Assembly: GCA_977016875.1 (NCBI GenBank)
Contig: CDRNST010000004.1
Location: 868,001 to 932,000, forward strand
DNA length: 64,000 bases
Reading direction: 5' to 3'
Source of the DNA: Pavona decussata
Taxonomy: Eukaryota
The notes under the pieces are model-generated. The model was given only the letters and a program-made list of their open reading frames with translations. It was not told where the DNA came from and made no database searches. Positions 39,170 through 52,301 of this stretch are shown piece after piece. Both the position numbers and the translations under genes were made by a program. Position 1 is the first letter of the stretch, and each line of letters begins with the position of its first letter.

Positions 39170-40040
39170 TCAGTTAAAAGCTGGCCTTCTAGGTAAAGTA
39201 GATCAGGCTTACTTTGACTGAGAATGCTGTTTTACCTGCTTCTTTGGCCGCTTTTAATTTTGGTAATTGCCTCTTTCTGGATTCCTGAATGGATTTTGGG
39301 TAATCTGGATAAATGCATACAGTGCTGTCTCTTAAACTTGTTGCACATCGTGTAATCATTTGTCTGTCACTGTAGCTCAAACAGTGGGCAATGATAACTG
39401 TTGGATTCTTGGTTCTTTTACTGCCTACGTAGTGAACACGTTGGAACTCTATTGCATCAGAATCTTCAACTTTCAAGGTGGAGCTTATGAAGGAGTGCAA
39501 GATGGACTCTGTGTCTTCATGGTCTGCTTCACTTTCAGTTGCTAAGGTTCCAGGAATACCCTCCAAAAGTAAATTCTCTCGTCTTAAATAGGCTTTCATA
39601 TATGTAAGCTGCCTATTAAGCCGAATTATTTCTTTAGTGGAGTCTTCTCTATCTGAAGCTTGAGTTGACACTAAAGTGTCATAAGACTTCAAAGTGAAAT
39701 TGACGCTTGCCTTTAGTTCGCCGATAGTTTCATCGACGGCTTTACTTTTACATTCTACAGACTCCACTCTACTCATAAGACGGTTTGCTTGTATCTCAAC
39801 TGTCTCCAGTTTTTTTAGTCTTATTAATTAAGGCTTCCAAACTGTTCAACTTCTGTAGTTTAGTAAGAATTTGCTGAATGTTCGCACCTATATCTTCCGC
39901 CATATTCGAAGCTTCGAAAACCTCGTCGCCTTCTGAAGAATTGTCTTATATCTCGGACACTTTTCAGCTGGCGTGGTGCTTTGGTTTTCGTTTTCACTTG
40001 AAGGTCTTTGTTTTCTTTTTGCTTTTTCCATCAAATTCAT
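39170..40040 (-). pseudogene. LINE ORF1 (L1-type coiled coil plus RRM/CTD); no ORF2
   Basis: YLRRENLLLEGIP, IEFQRVHYVG, VIIAHCLSYSDR, IYPDYPKSIQESRKR. Confidence 0.85.
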
Positions 40041-40098
40041 CAAATGAAAGAACTTAATACCTAAATTGTGTTCAGTAGCGCAGAGCTCAGGGCATGTC

Positions 40099-41168
40099 CT
40101 ACTCCTTATACATCGTGCCCAGTCTGTCAGAGGTATCAAATGATGCTGTGACAGATGATTCTGTGGCATATACAGATGATACTGTGGCCATATCCTTCAG
40201 CATGTCAGCTTGTTGACCAGAGACCGCATTGTCAAGATCATCAGCGAAGTCATCTTCCATAATAAGGAGAGAATCGATGTACTCCATACTCCCCACCCCT
40301 CTCCGCAATGCTCAAATGGTCAATTTCCGTACCATGCCCTTGCTGAGTGTGGCAATAAACTCCTGAAGACATCATGAAAGACAACGTCATTGATATGAAT
40401 ATGCATACTGGTCCCAACATTATAATTTTTCCATAAAAAGTACTGCTGTTTCTTGAAGTGGTAATGTCCAGGGTTTGAAAACTAAAGCAGTCTTTCAATT
40501 GTTGTAGTAGTTTGTTGAGGCAAGTCAAGATAACATAAATCAAACATATAACTGCAGTGCAAAATATGCGTTTTCTCCAGCAGCGCACGTGGGACAGTTT
40601 TGTAATCATATGTGTGAATGAAACTGAAAAGACGAGTTTATAAGTTTCATGGTTTGACAAAGTAAAAGTGTGACACTTGAAAACCGGTAATAGTACCTTC
40701 ACATCATTATGTTCCTTGGCTTTCTGCTGCTCTTCCCTCTGAGAGGTCTCGGTACTCGAGAGCTGAAAACCTTTGTTTCGCGGCCTCCGTTGCATTGCCG
40801 TCCGTGGATGAGTATTTATGTTTTGTAAATTCTGGAAACCGTGAAGTATCATGAGCAAACACAGATTCATTGTGACTTAGTCAACCACAAAAGAAGAAAT
40901 GCCATTATTCACAGCCAACGTACCTTATTTTTGCACGGTTTTTCAGTGGTTCCACACTGGCGTTGATCGGTGCGTGGGATATTGCTTCCTTTGCAAGGAC
41001 ATCCACAATTACCGTCAGGTTTTCTCTTGGTGCTACAAGAACTTTTGCACTTGCAAAAGGCTGGTGAGGGTTCCTTAACATTGCAAAAATAATAATTCCT
41101 GGTTTAGCTGTTTACATATGATCAGTAGCAAAATACATGCAAATATTTCAACTCACCGTCGAATTCAT
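40099..41168 (-). pseudogene. Four-exon Tesmin/TSO1 CXC-like Cys-cluster gene (likely transposon accessory gene)
   Basis: Exons 41157-41168 (MNST), 40924-41073 (CKCKSSCSTK..GCPCK...CGT..PCKNK), 40697-40831 and ~40099-40362. All GT-AG, all phase 0. In-frame TGA in exon 4. Confidence 0.7.
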
Positions 41169-41699
41169 TATGGCCGCCAACTGTTTTCACAAGAATTCAG
41201 CTCTGAGACCAAAAAAAAGTCAAATAATAACAATAGTCATTTTTGTTAATCTAAAGGAATGACCTTTAAGATAAACCACAAATGTTTGGTATATTGATCT
41301 AAAAAAGCTTCTTACGGCCCTCAAACAGTAAGGCAATTCGTAAATTCAAATTCTATAAATCATTTCAAAAATTAATCAACTGAGGATTTAACAGCAAGTT
41401 AATATTTTTTACCAGACTGATCCAAACAACCTTTCTGGGCATAACTGCCTTCCCCAAGCTTTTTCAAATATCTGGTTAATGATTAACCAATCAAAAGAAA
41501 CAGTCATGTCCATAATCCCACGAATTATGGGTTCATACATTTGTAGAATAAACAATCCGAAAATTTAATTTTTTGAACAAGAAAACACCAAATAATATCT
41601 CTTATAAGCATGGAGTTGGCCATACCAGTGCTACAAGTCAGTATGCTATTGGCAATGGTGTGTCACAACTACAGCAATAAGTGAACAGTTTTTGACAAC

Positions 41700-42465
41700 C
41701 AATGGTCAATGAGGTGAAGTAATTATCCAGAAATATATTATATCCTAGTCTATGAAATAGTTCCACAAGTTTCAAAACAATCTTTAGAATCTTGTCCACA
41801 TCCCTTGCCTGTATAAACATTTATGTCTAACACATAGCCATTTTCAGAGTCAGCCAAAGTAAATTCCTTGAGGCCAAATCTTGCTGGTTTGTCCCTCACA
41901 TACTGCCTCCATGAAAGGCGTCCTTTAAACTTCACAAGGGTTTCATCCACTGACAGGTTCCTGCTTGGAACTGGTTTGTAATTAGTTCTAAGAAGGGCCT
42001 ATTTTTTTCCAGGTTGTCATATCCATCTTGACCTCTAAGAATTAATTGTGTATTGTTCACAAAATGTAGATACCTCAAAATTTGTGTAAACCGATGCCTT
42101 GACATGCTATTTTTGAAGAATGGTGTTTGAAGTATCTCATCAGTGGACTAGTAACTATGTATGGTAGGCTTGTTTACCAGCCCCATGGCTAAGATCAAGG
42201 CAATAAATGTTTTTATTTCATCTTTGTCTACTGCGTGCCAAGGCAAACAGTGTTTATCCGGGTTTTTGGCTCTCTCTTGGACAGCATACAAATTTGTTTG
42301 TCCCACAACTAGATCAAGCACGTCACCAGTAAAAAACAGACAAAAATAGCTCACTGGGTCTTTTTGATTCACTCCCATTCGAACTTTAGGGCCTTTGGGT
42401 TGGGTGAAAGGTAGGTCTGAATGCATCCTGATGTCTTCTACCCAAACAGCAGGGGCACCCAACAG
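41700..42465 (-). pseudogene. piggyBac transposase, N-terminal half
   Basis: PVSYFCLFF, QTNLYA, MSRHRF, VDETLVKFKGR..RQY..KPARFGLK, IFLDNYFTS. Confidence 0.9.
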
Positions 42466-42759
42466 ATCTTTTCGGTAAATTATCTGTTCGGAAGGTGCTT
42501 AATCCCCTACAATTTTCTAAAAATAATTTTTGCCTGGAACTTTCGTGATATGGGAAATTTAAGGCCTGGTGTTTTCGGATTGATAAAAATGTCGTTTCGG
42601 GTACCGAGAAAAGGTCAGCTAAGATTTTCGGAAAGGAAATAAGACCTAAGTTTTTTAGGAAATGGACAAAAATGCCCAAGTGATTTCGAAAAGACTCAAG
42701 TTCCCCTAGAATGACCGAACAGATAAGAATTGAAGATTGAAGTATGATGCTGTTTTCCA

Positions 42760-43280
42760 TAATTTAGGCAAGTTGTGATGCTTTTACACTCTGAATATTT
42801 CTGAGGACCAGTGCGATTAAAACAAAGCTAAAAGCTTTGTAGCTAAAACTTCCTTGCATGTGGAGGCTGAAGTGAACAAGGTACGCTCAGAAGGCTTGTG
42901 ATCCTGCCTCTGAGAATAAATGCACTTGCGTGGCTGTTCTCTTCTCTGTTGTATCTGGAACACGTGGTTTGGTTTGTCTCGTTTCTTGAATGTTTTTGCT
43001 TTAAAGTTATCCACTGGGTTTTGGCAATTCCAGAGTCCAAGTGATTGGGAGAATTTCGCGAATTCCAGGTCTCCTACTCAGGGTCATTTCTTACAAGGCC
43101 TCCTGATTGCCGGTAATTTGTTAAGTGTCATTGAAGCTATCCTGTTGAGGACGTGGGGCTGTTTGAGTGTTTCCACACATTGAATGCTGTAAGATAGTTT
43201 CTCGTAGAATTCATGGATCCTTTTAAGGGTTTGCTGTGGGCGTGTATGGCAGATCAAGAATTTCTTTCATAATGCTTTCA
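42760..43280 (-). pseudogene. BEL/Pao gag fragment
   Basis: IHEFYEKLSYSIQ, TLNKLPAIR..VRNDPE*ETW, and decayed Cys/His knuckles (LCFN). Confidence 0.7.
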
Positions 43281-44260
43281 CTATTTCATTCTCCTTTCTG
43301 TACCTGTCTTTGAGAATCGCCACAGCTCAGTTGTATCCTTTGGCAGAATGCAGCAATGGTTCAATTGTTTTCCTCTTTCACTTTTGTGAAAATTTCTATA
43401 AATGCATTCATGCCTTTTGGCTGTTTTTCCAGCCCAGGGTAAAGAAGATTTTAACAGATCTCTTTCTTCTTCATCCTGCTCTTCAGCTGTGGACCTTTTT
43501 CTTTTCCTTTTTCTCTCTGTTCTAGCCTCTGGGCTCAATTCTTGACTCTGTTTCACCAGCACCAGTCGGGGCAGCAGCAGAACTTGAAGCACTTGATCCT
43601 GCTTCTGTTACATTATGTAGCATTACCACATCCCTGCAGCCAAGGACTGTATTTTTTTCTTCAAAGAAATCAGGGTGCCATCCGTGTCCTCCCGTTTTCT
43701 TACAGTTCCAGTCCTTAACACTCTTCTTTTTCTCTATCAGGTACTTTATTTTGTTATGACACTAATTGGCAGTGTGCTTGGTGGAATTTGCGATTTATCT
43801 CTTGGGGAATCTCATCCCACACCTTGCATACATCTTTACTTTCGAGCCATTCATGTCATTTATCCCACAAGCTGACCAGCGTTTTCTGTCGTTCTTTCAA
43901 CAAGTGTTGTATTGTTTCTTCTGAACAGTGCCAAGGGCAGCGCTTTCGTAGATTGCGTCATCCACTTCAAGTGAGTTTGGACTGCCTGAGCTGTCGCTTG
44001 CTATATCTGGGCTGTTGGGCAGGCACTGTTTACCAGCTAAAACCCCACTCGGTCCTGGCAAAGGCTGTTGATAATACTGCACATGCTGTAGACTCATGGG
44101 GAAAGCACCAGGGAAATAATAGAAGGGGAACCGTCCATCCATGTTGGAATAACGTGAAGTTTACAAAATGCCCGTCAATTCCAGAGTTCACAAACAGGTC
44201 AAAACGATTAGTGTGGACATCTCCAGAAGCGGCTTCTTTTGTCTTCTCCAATGTTTTTAA
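43281..44260 (-). pseudogene. Myb/SANT-like DNA-binding ORF (Harbinger ORF2 type)
   Basis: Across frameshifts: WLESKDACKVWDEI, YLIEKKKSVKDWN, FFEE..VLGCRDVV, then a basic/acidic tail. Confidence 0.6.
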
Positions 44261-44499
44261 AATCTGCCTGCCTCACCCGAAAACCACAGTGTCTGAAGTT
44301 TTGACCAGTTGTCCAAACTTTTTATTATTTGTGAAATGCCGGTCGCATTAGGAATGGTGATGTGATGACAGATTTGTATGATTAAGTAAACTAAAATGTG
44401 ATCAAAATTTCCCTACTGCAACCTGGGCCCAGCTTTTGTAATCGAATGCTCAAACAGGTAAACCGAGGACTTACAGATTTACATGTATTTACATGTTTG

Positions 44500-44616
44500 T
44501 AAAATGTAATTATTATTGTACGTTTTCTGGCTTGACTAGCTCTGCTATATGCAGACTGCGTATTTCTCTAATTAATATAAAGATATATTAAATAAAGTTG
44601 TTGTTGTTGTTGTTGT
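44500..44616 (+). mobile_element. CR1/L2-clade LINE 3' tail
   Basis: tctggcttgactagctctgctatatgcaga stem-loop remnant, AATAAA, (GTT)n tail; resembles 11640-11733. Confidence 0.6.
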
Positions 44617-44649
44617 ACTTAGGTCCTCCCGTCATGGTTGCCACGTTTC

Positions 44650-45458
44650 CTGGAGGAAGAGTGTTTGTTGGGTGTGCCAAACCAGAAAACAGTTGCTTTT
44701 ACTGTTCAGGCACAGATGTACATCACATGTCTCACATCTGATTATTGATCTGGCTGGCCTTGGTCTCTTCTCATTTCTGTATTAATGAGACAAACGAGCA
44801 GAACAAACAGTACCAACCCGTGAAGGGCCAATAACTAGAATGTGAAGGCCAATATTTTGCAATCTTGGTTCCAGAGTTGCATTTACTCTTCTCCTCCTTA
44901 GAGGGATGTTGTCCTTGGCGACATACCCGGACATCAGGTGTGTTGCCAATGTCATTGCAAGTTCCTTGGATGTGAGCCCCTTATCAACTTGTGTAGCCTT
45001 AAAGATTAGAAATGCATTGTTTATCGAAGTTTCCAATTGGTGAAACACCACTTTGGGTGGCCAACGCTTGCAGTTCCACCCAACACTGTAGTAGCAGTTA
45101 TCCTGGTCCGCGTGGTCAATCCCACACATATACTTGTTATAATCATGCAGTAATGGTGGACATGGCACAGTAGCTCCACCCTCTTACTTCTCCGTCTAAC
45201 CTCCCTTTGTTCTTGTGGGGTATCTCTTGAATGTTCTGGACTGTGTACAGTACTTAGGAAGTAGAAAGGCTTCTCATGCCATGATACCGCCAGTATTTTT
45301 GGGCACCTTCTCCAGGAGCGTGTTCCTCGAGCTGGTTTTGGTTTCTGTGGAAAGATGAGGTCCTTTGGAAAATGTTTGTTATTAGCTCTCACAGTACCGA
45401 GGCAATCTATACCTCTGGCTAATAGCTATTGAGCCAAAATGGGGCTTGTGTAGAAATG
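44650..45458 (-). pseudogene. piggyBac transposase, C-terminal half
   Basis: FYTSP, CLGTVRANNK, YNKYMCGIDHADQ, KRWPPKVVF..SINNAF, and a C-terminal Cys-rich remnant. Confidence 0.88.
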
Positions 45459-48129
45459 TGCATTTCATGTAAGGTAAAAATTAGGGCGATATTTTAGTTA
45501 ATCGCAATTTTGAGTGTAATTTTTTCCACGGTGTTATTTCCGAATTTGCACATTTTTGCGCGAGCTCATTCTCCTTTTTTTTTCTATTCAACGTGAAACA
45601 AGAGTTTGGTGAGATTTGCGTGTTGGTTGTAGGTTGATGCACATAAAATTGTGTTTGACGTTTTTCTCAGCAGGCCTCGAATTTTTCCACTATACCCCGC
45701 TGGAAAACTAGTTTGGGCAAACTGACCACCTTCCTTCCTGGAAAATCAAATCCCTTGCGTGGGAGGGGGGAGGGGGTATGGATATTTTTTGGAACTACAC
45801 ATTTTGTTCACGGTAATCCAGCCCTTAAAAATAATCCAGAATTAAATTTGTTTACCTTTATATCTGGTCATATAGGGCAAAGAAATCATTCCATTAGTAT
45901 TAAAAGTCTTTTATTAGGTGAGGGACTGGGAACATCCACCCCAAGGAAAAATAGGAAGATAGGAGGCAGCCACAAACAGCTGCATAACATTTGAATCCTC
46001 AAAAACAAAAACAAAAAACAAAAAATGATGACGCCTCCCTCAAGGACATACCCAAAATTTGCCTTCCTTGTTTGATTCCTCCTTTATCCAAATACCTCAA
46101 ATCTTTGTGAGGCTAACTCAAGTCTAAGTGGAAATCTGCTGCCCAGGCTGTCAAACCCTGACCCTGTTTACCTTGTTTATGACATGACTTAATTTTTCGA
46201 AAAAGAAAAAAATATAAATTTATTACTTGCTAATCCGTTTTAACAATTAGTAGGTAGTCAGAGAAAAACAGACGCATTCCTTCCCCCACCCACCCTCAAT
46301 CGGGGAGAAACGCGTGAAGAGCCTAAGAGTCACTGTCTGTATTACAATTCAAACACCATTCTAAACTATTATAAATTGAAGCCACCTTTTGATCAAACCA
46401 ATGGCATTAATAGCCACCTCCATCGCCATATCCACAAGTTAACGATAGTGTCACTTTGATTTTTAGGAAATGTACTCATTAGATTTTTTCCATTTTTTGT
46501 ATCCAGAAAAACTCCCAAAACACTGACACAGTTGCACTATTTTCATGTAATTTTAACAGAGAGATCTCCTTTAAATATTGATTTTGCATTTTAATGTTTT
46601 GTGAAGGTACCCTCTGTTAGATTTAGGTTTCTCTTTGTAGGCAAGTTACACTTTTAGGGAATTATTTTCATGCTAAATGGCACGAAATTCTAATGAGCGG
46701 TTCCTTAGAAAACAGTTCATTTCCACGAAAACAACCAGTCGCAATTTTTTGGACAAATGCGCATGCGTGGCTTTAATTGGGTTTCATGGCAAAGATGAAA
46801 AGCACTCAAAAGGTCTTGGTGAATGACTTTTTTGCTTGGAAAGAAAAGAAAAAGAGTCCAGAAACGAGAAACGTAGTTATTTAGGATCAAAACTTAACTT
46901 TATTATCCATTTCATGTGAAATTGAGGGATCACTTTATCGACCGCCGTATTTGCATACCGCAACCCTAGCGCGTGCTTATAGCATTACTAACAGAATCTG
47001 TAAAGTGTGCGCAAACTGTGTTCGGCCACCTTAACCTTTTCTACCAACTGTTCTGCGAAAATGTTGCGGCAAGAACCAATTCTTCTTTGGCGGCACTTGT
47101 GCCATTTGTCGTTTTGTCAGGGATTCTCAACAGTGACTACCAATTGATTGGCCACATGGATTTATAGTTTGTTGATTTGCCATTGGATACGTGCTGCAAC
47201 AAACACAAGAAAATACTCTCAATTGATCTTTGAATTGAAAAGCAAACTTAGGTTTCCTTGACTTACCAAACCTCGCAAGTAAAACTCTGTTGGAGTATCG
47301 CTTAAATCCACGCTGTCAAAAACGTTTAAACTTAAAATAATCAGAAAAATAATTTTATGGGGAATGCTGCTTATCTGATTTCTTTTTAAACTGTTGAAAC
47401 ATTAAAACGTGAATTGAAGTCCCTCTGTTATTTTTGTTTTCTTTTTTAGGAAGCTTAGTGAATTAGAACCGTTATTCGCAGTTCATGTCATCTTATACCG
47501 GATCATTTTATTGGCTTCTCAATATCAAAAATCCCGAAATATAAGATCAACGAATAGCTTAACTGCAGCAACATGTTATGGCTCAAACAATTCTTGCTGT
47601 GTGATTTCAATACCAGTTATCTTATAATTTCGTGTAATGTCAGTCTCAAGGTTCTAGGAAAAGACATTTCCGGTTGAAGTGCGAGAAAAAACTTCCATGG
47701 AACTGACTAAGTGCTGAAGTTGCATTTTAGTTGTCTAGGTCTAGCACATATCGTTACAAACAACTATCTTAATTTCTAGATTGTCAAGGCTAACTGCTAT
47801 TATCTGTGCGTCTAGTAGACTGGATTATAATTGGACAGAATTAAAATAAAATTGTTGAAGACGTTATCTTGACCTCTCCAGTCTCTTCACCTTTGTTCGT
47901 CCAGAAAACCTTGAATAACCCCTCGTCTAACCCCTTTCTCCCTTTTAATGTAGTATTTGAGTCTTGCCCATGTAGGCTGTTTCTTGGCGACGGTCCACTG
48001 GGCCTAAATTCATCCTGCTAGTCAAAAGTTAAACGGAAACAAACGTGTAGCTCATAAGCAGTCTTTTAAACTTGAAAAAGTGACACCCTCAAAGTTGACA
48101 GTCCTAACTAGAATGCTAGCCTATAAGTC

Positions 48130-51110
48130 AAATTTTTTTTGAGTGGATCTACGCAAAAGTGGCTGACTGTCGGACTGAGAGGCACGAGTTTGATCCTCTG
48201 GAACAGGAACAGGATTGCTTGAACACGACAGATCAGCTTGGTCCAAGAGTTTCGGTAGAGCCGGATGAGGAGCGTGCACACTTGGAGCTGTAGCTGGAAG
48301 CTCTTGTGAGCACTCTTTGTTAGCTAGAGAGCTGAAACCACTGTTTCGAGACTCATCACTGTCATGGGTGATAACTGGTCGCCTCAGACTCTTGAAGAAT
48401 GATGCATTTCTTGTAACTGTGCGGTTTTTTTATTTTTTGCCGTGATCATACTGCCCTTCTTATCCACAGCTGTCAGAGGAGTGGGGTCATAAACAGTTCC
48501 TCCTTTTCATACAGAAATTGGCCTCTTGACCAACACAGTTTCAGCGGGGGATATAGTGCAGGGTTTCACGTAGGTCTTGTTGTCAGCATGAAGCTTGATC
48601 TTGGACTTCTGAGAGGAATCATGTTCGCGGATGATCTCAGACACAGGATCTATATGGTTGGCTTGTGGAAGTTTGTTGCAAACAGGGCGTTGTAACAACA
48701 ACACAGCAGAAGCAACACTGGTGGTTGAATGTGGCGTGGTGCGCTAATTACGCAAAATAGCTTGCAGCACCTTTCTCCAATTTCTCCCATCTGTTTTAGC
48801 AGCCTTAATGCATTTCTTTAGCGTTTTTACAAATCTCTGCAAATCTCCATTGGCCCTTGGCCAGAGCGGAGTGACTTTGTGATGTTTTAAACCAAGCACA
48901 TGAGCAAACTTAGCAATTTCTTCTCCATTGAATGGTGGATCATTATATGACTTGATGACACGCGGAGTTCCAAATGTAGCAAACAGCTGGTCTAGCTTGG
49001 GTATGACAGCACTGGTAGACGTAGATGACACCGGTTCCACAACTGGATATCTTGAGTAATCATCAACCACTAGAAGCAGGGTCATGCCGTCCACATGTGC
49101 AAAGTCAATGCTCAGTTCAAATGGGTTGTCTGGTAGTACAGACATTTCAAGTGGTTCTCTAGTGTAGATTGGGGTAATAACTTGACATGGTGAGCAGGTC
49201 TTAATCTTCATTTCCACCATCTTGTCCATGCATGGAAACCACACCTCCCACAGGAGAGCTTTTGTCTTTACTATGCCCAGATGGCTTTCGTAAAAAATAT
49301 CAACCATTCGCTCTTGCAATACAGCCAGTACCACAAGACGATCTGATTTCAGCAGGACAGTGTCTGTACAAGTTAGTTGATCTTTTACATGTGCATAGCG
49401 TGACAGCTCAGATAGTGACACGTCAGGCGGGGCTTTATGCCAACAGTTAGACTTGACCGCAGACATAACAGCTTGGAGTATAGGATCCTTTGTAGTTGCA
49501 GTTTCTATCTCTGACAATGTGATGGCTTCTGGTACTGCATTCCTTGCGATGAAAGAAATGTGTCCCTCAGATTCTACCTCATAGTTGTGGAATTCTGGAT
49601 CTCCAACAGGGTGTCTCGAAGCATAGTCAGCTGGATTTGAGGCACCTGGGCGATACTCTACAGTGGTACTCTACATATTGCTGCAGCTCCATGAGCCAGC
49701 ATTCAATCCTGGTAGAGGGCTTGTTGAATAGGGCGAGACGGGGTTTGTGGTCGGTGATAACCTTGAACTCCTTGCCATAAACAAACAGGTGAAAGCGTTT
49801 GATTGCCCAGTAAATTGACAAAGCTTCACAATCAATTTTGAGGGTATCTTGCTTGTGTGGGAGTAAGCGGACATCTGGCATAATGCAGCGGTGTCACTTC
49901 TTTATTCGATTCATTTTCTTGGGTCAGGACAGCACCTAAGCCAACAGGGCTACCATCAACAAAGATGGAAGTAGGTTTCTTGGGGTTGAAGTACCCAAGA
50001 GTCATCTTGACTGATAATGCTTTTTTTAGGCATTCAAATGATGACTGCTTTCTTCTGTCCATTGCTAACTCAATCCATCACAGGTCAGCTGCCGAATAGG
50101 TCTAGTAATAATTGCAAAGTCCTTGATGAACCTTGAGCAGAATGCAGCAGAGCTAAGGAGGCTTCGTACTTCTGATACGGTGGTTGATGGGGCAATGCTT
50201 TGAAGAGCTTCAACTTTACTTGGATCAGGTGACATGCCCTTTTCAGAGAACACATGGTCAAAGAAAAGCATGGTGGGAACTCGAAGCTGACACTTAGGTA
50301 AGTTGATCGTCAGATGATCCTTAGATGTTGGTCATGGGTGTCACTGTCTATGCCACCGACATAGATATCCTCACGGATGTTCTCAACACAAGGAATACCA
50401 CAATCAAGTCACTCACTTTCCTCTCGAAGACTTCTGCAGCGCAATATGGACCAAAGTTAAGAGGCTTGTAACGGAACAACCCAACATGGGTGGAGAATGT
50501 TGTCAGAGGTCTTGAGTCAGAGTAGAGCGGAAACACTTTGAAGCCATTTACGTTTGGGCACGACATCATCAGTGATGAAAACAATATGCCGTTCTCTGAT
50601 GATAGCTTTGTGTAGGAACCGCATGTCAACACAGATTCTGATTTCATTCGTCTTCTGGGGTTTGGGTACAACGACAATTGGCGAAACCCACGGGGTTAGG
50701 CCCTCAGCATGTTTAATGATGCCCTCATTCTCAAGCTGCCTCAGTTTCTCTTCTACTTGTTTTTGGATATGAAACGGGATGCGACAGTGAGGCTGTGCGA
50801 CTGGCTTGATAGATTCGTCAACATGTATGCGTACAGGTTTACCTTTGTACTCACCCATTCCACTAGTTAGACTAGGAAAATCCTTGAGGAAATCTGGGGC
50901 ACCAGGTGGCAAATTTACAGGAGGTTGTTCAACCATGCTGACAGCTTTGATGAGATTCAATTTCTGTGATGTTGTCCAGCTAAGTATAGAACCTGATGAA
51001 CCCTCTGCAACATAGAATGTTTCTTCCGATGAGCAATGATCGGTAGCAATGTTGGCGCGGAGTTTGCCACACAGATTGAGCAGTGGTGTTGCTGCGGCAG
51101 CCAAATTTTT
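48130..51110 (-). mobile_element. Ty3/Gypsy pol (RT-RNase H-integrase), degenerate; LTRs not identified
   Basis: PVAQPHCRIPF, WVSPIVVVPK, IRICVDMR, TFSTHVGLFRYK, FVDGSPVGLGAVL, VITDHKP, HLGIVKTK..C..CQ, VVDDYSRYP, WPRANG, in RT-RH-INT order. Confidence 0.93.
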
Positions 51111-51972
51111 CGTACTGATGTTCTTCACTGCTTTTTCAGTACACACATGTTCGATGACCTCTCCCAATTTTGGATCTCCAATAAAGATCTATGAAAAAGG
51201 GAAAATTCGACCTTTTAGTAAAAGTTACAAGCTGAAATTATATCCGAACAGTAGTTTTCCAAGCTTACCTTCACAACTGATTTCTCTTGTTCTTGAGGTA
51301 AGTACATACGTTCTTGAATTTTCTCCTCCATGGTAAAGGGAATACCCTTTCTTCGATTTCCTGCTCTTTTTTTTTTCTTCTTAATGGGTGAAGCTGAGGG
51401 ATCTCCGTGAAGATTTGCCTGTCTCGTTTTTTGAGCGTATCGCGTCTTGGTCTTCTTTGTTTCGCTTCGCTGATGGCGTAACACCAGTCAGTGATCTTAT
51501 CGCTGTGGATCTGTGATCCAGGAGAATGCTCCAATGGGTCAATAGATTATAAGCGCTGAATACGAGTGCACGAAGCGCACAACTTGTTGTGCACAAGGAA
51601 GGCAAGACGGTTTTGAAAAATTATTTCCCTTGTTCAATGAGTGGCCCAGTCTTGAAATTTTGTTCGCTAAAACAACACTGTTGCCCAAGAGTAATTAATA
51701 ATTCCTTAAGCGTCCTCACTCATCCCTAGCTGTACTTTAGCATCCTTACTGATCCCTAGCCAAACTCAAGCGTCCTAACATGTGTAGCCTACCTAAAATC
51801 TAACTTCGTTACAAGATATTATTTTGACCATAAAAGGAACTCCGGAAATTATAGCTATATCTAAACCAAAATTGCAAGAAAAAAAACATTTATAGTATAA
51901 GCATACCGGGTTATGTTTTTTTGTAAATACTAATTCACCAACAAGTGCAGGAGGCGTCGGCCTTTATATGGT

Positions 51973-52088
51973 CTTTTGGCTGTATTTCCAGCCCAGGGTA
52001 AAGAAGATTTTAACAGATCTCTTTCTTCTTCATCCTGCTCTTCTGCTCTGGACCTTTTTCTTTTTTTCTCTCTCTCTGTTCTAGCCTC
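51973..52088 (-). repeat. 116-bp copy of 43414-43529 (piece of the Myb/SANT ORF)
   Basis: cttttggctgt.tttccagcccagggtaaagaag...ctgttctagcctc is present at both sites in the same orientation. Confidence 0.9.
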
Positions 52089-52301
52089 CGAAAAAATAGT
52101 TTGCATGGGAAGAAGCCCTAAGTTGTCTTTTTGTTTGTTCCCATGTGAATTACAATGTAAGACTAGGAAACCTCAACTTCAGTCATTTCACCTGCCAACC
52201 AGCAAAGAACATAACAGGCAATATTTCTACAATTAGTCCTAACAAATCAGGTCTAACAGAAACCAGATCATAAACTAATTCTCCTCTGGATTTTCACCCT
52301 A

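Noticed and set aside
47931-47947. Gypsy polypurine tract and 3' LTR
   Set aside because: A purine run exists on minus, but no TG..CA LTR pair could be identified.
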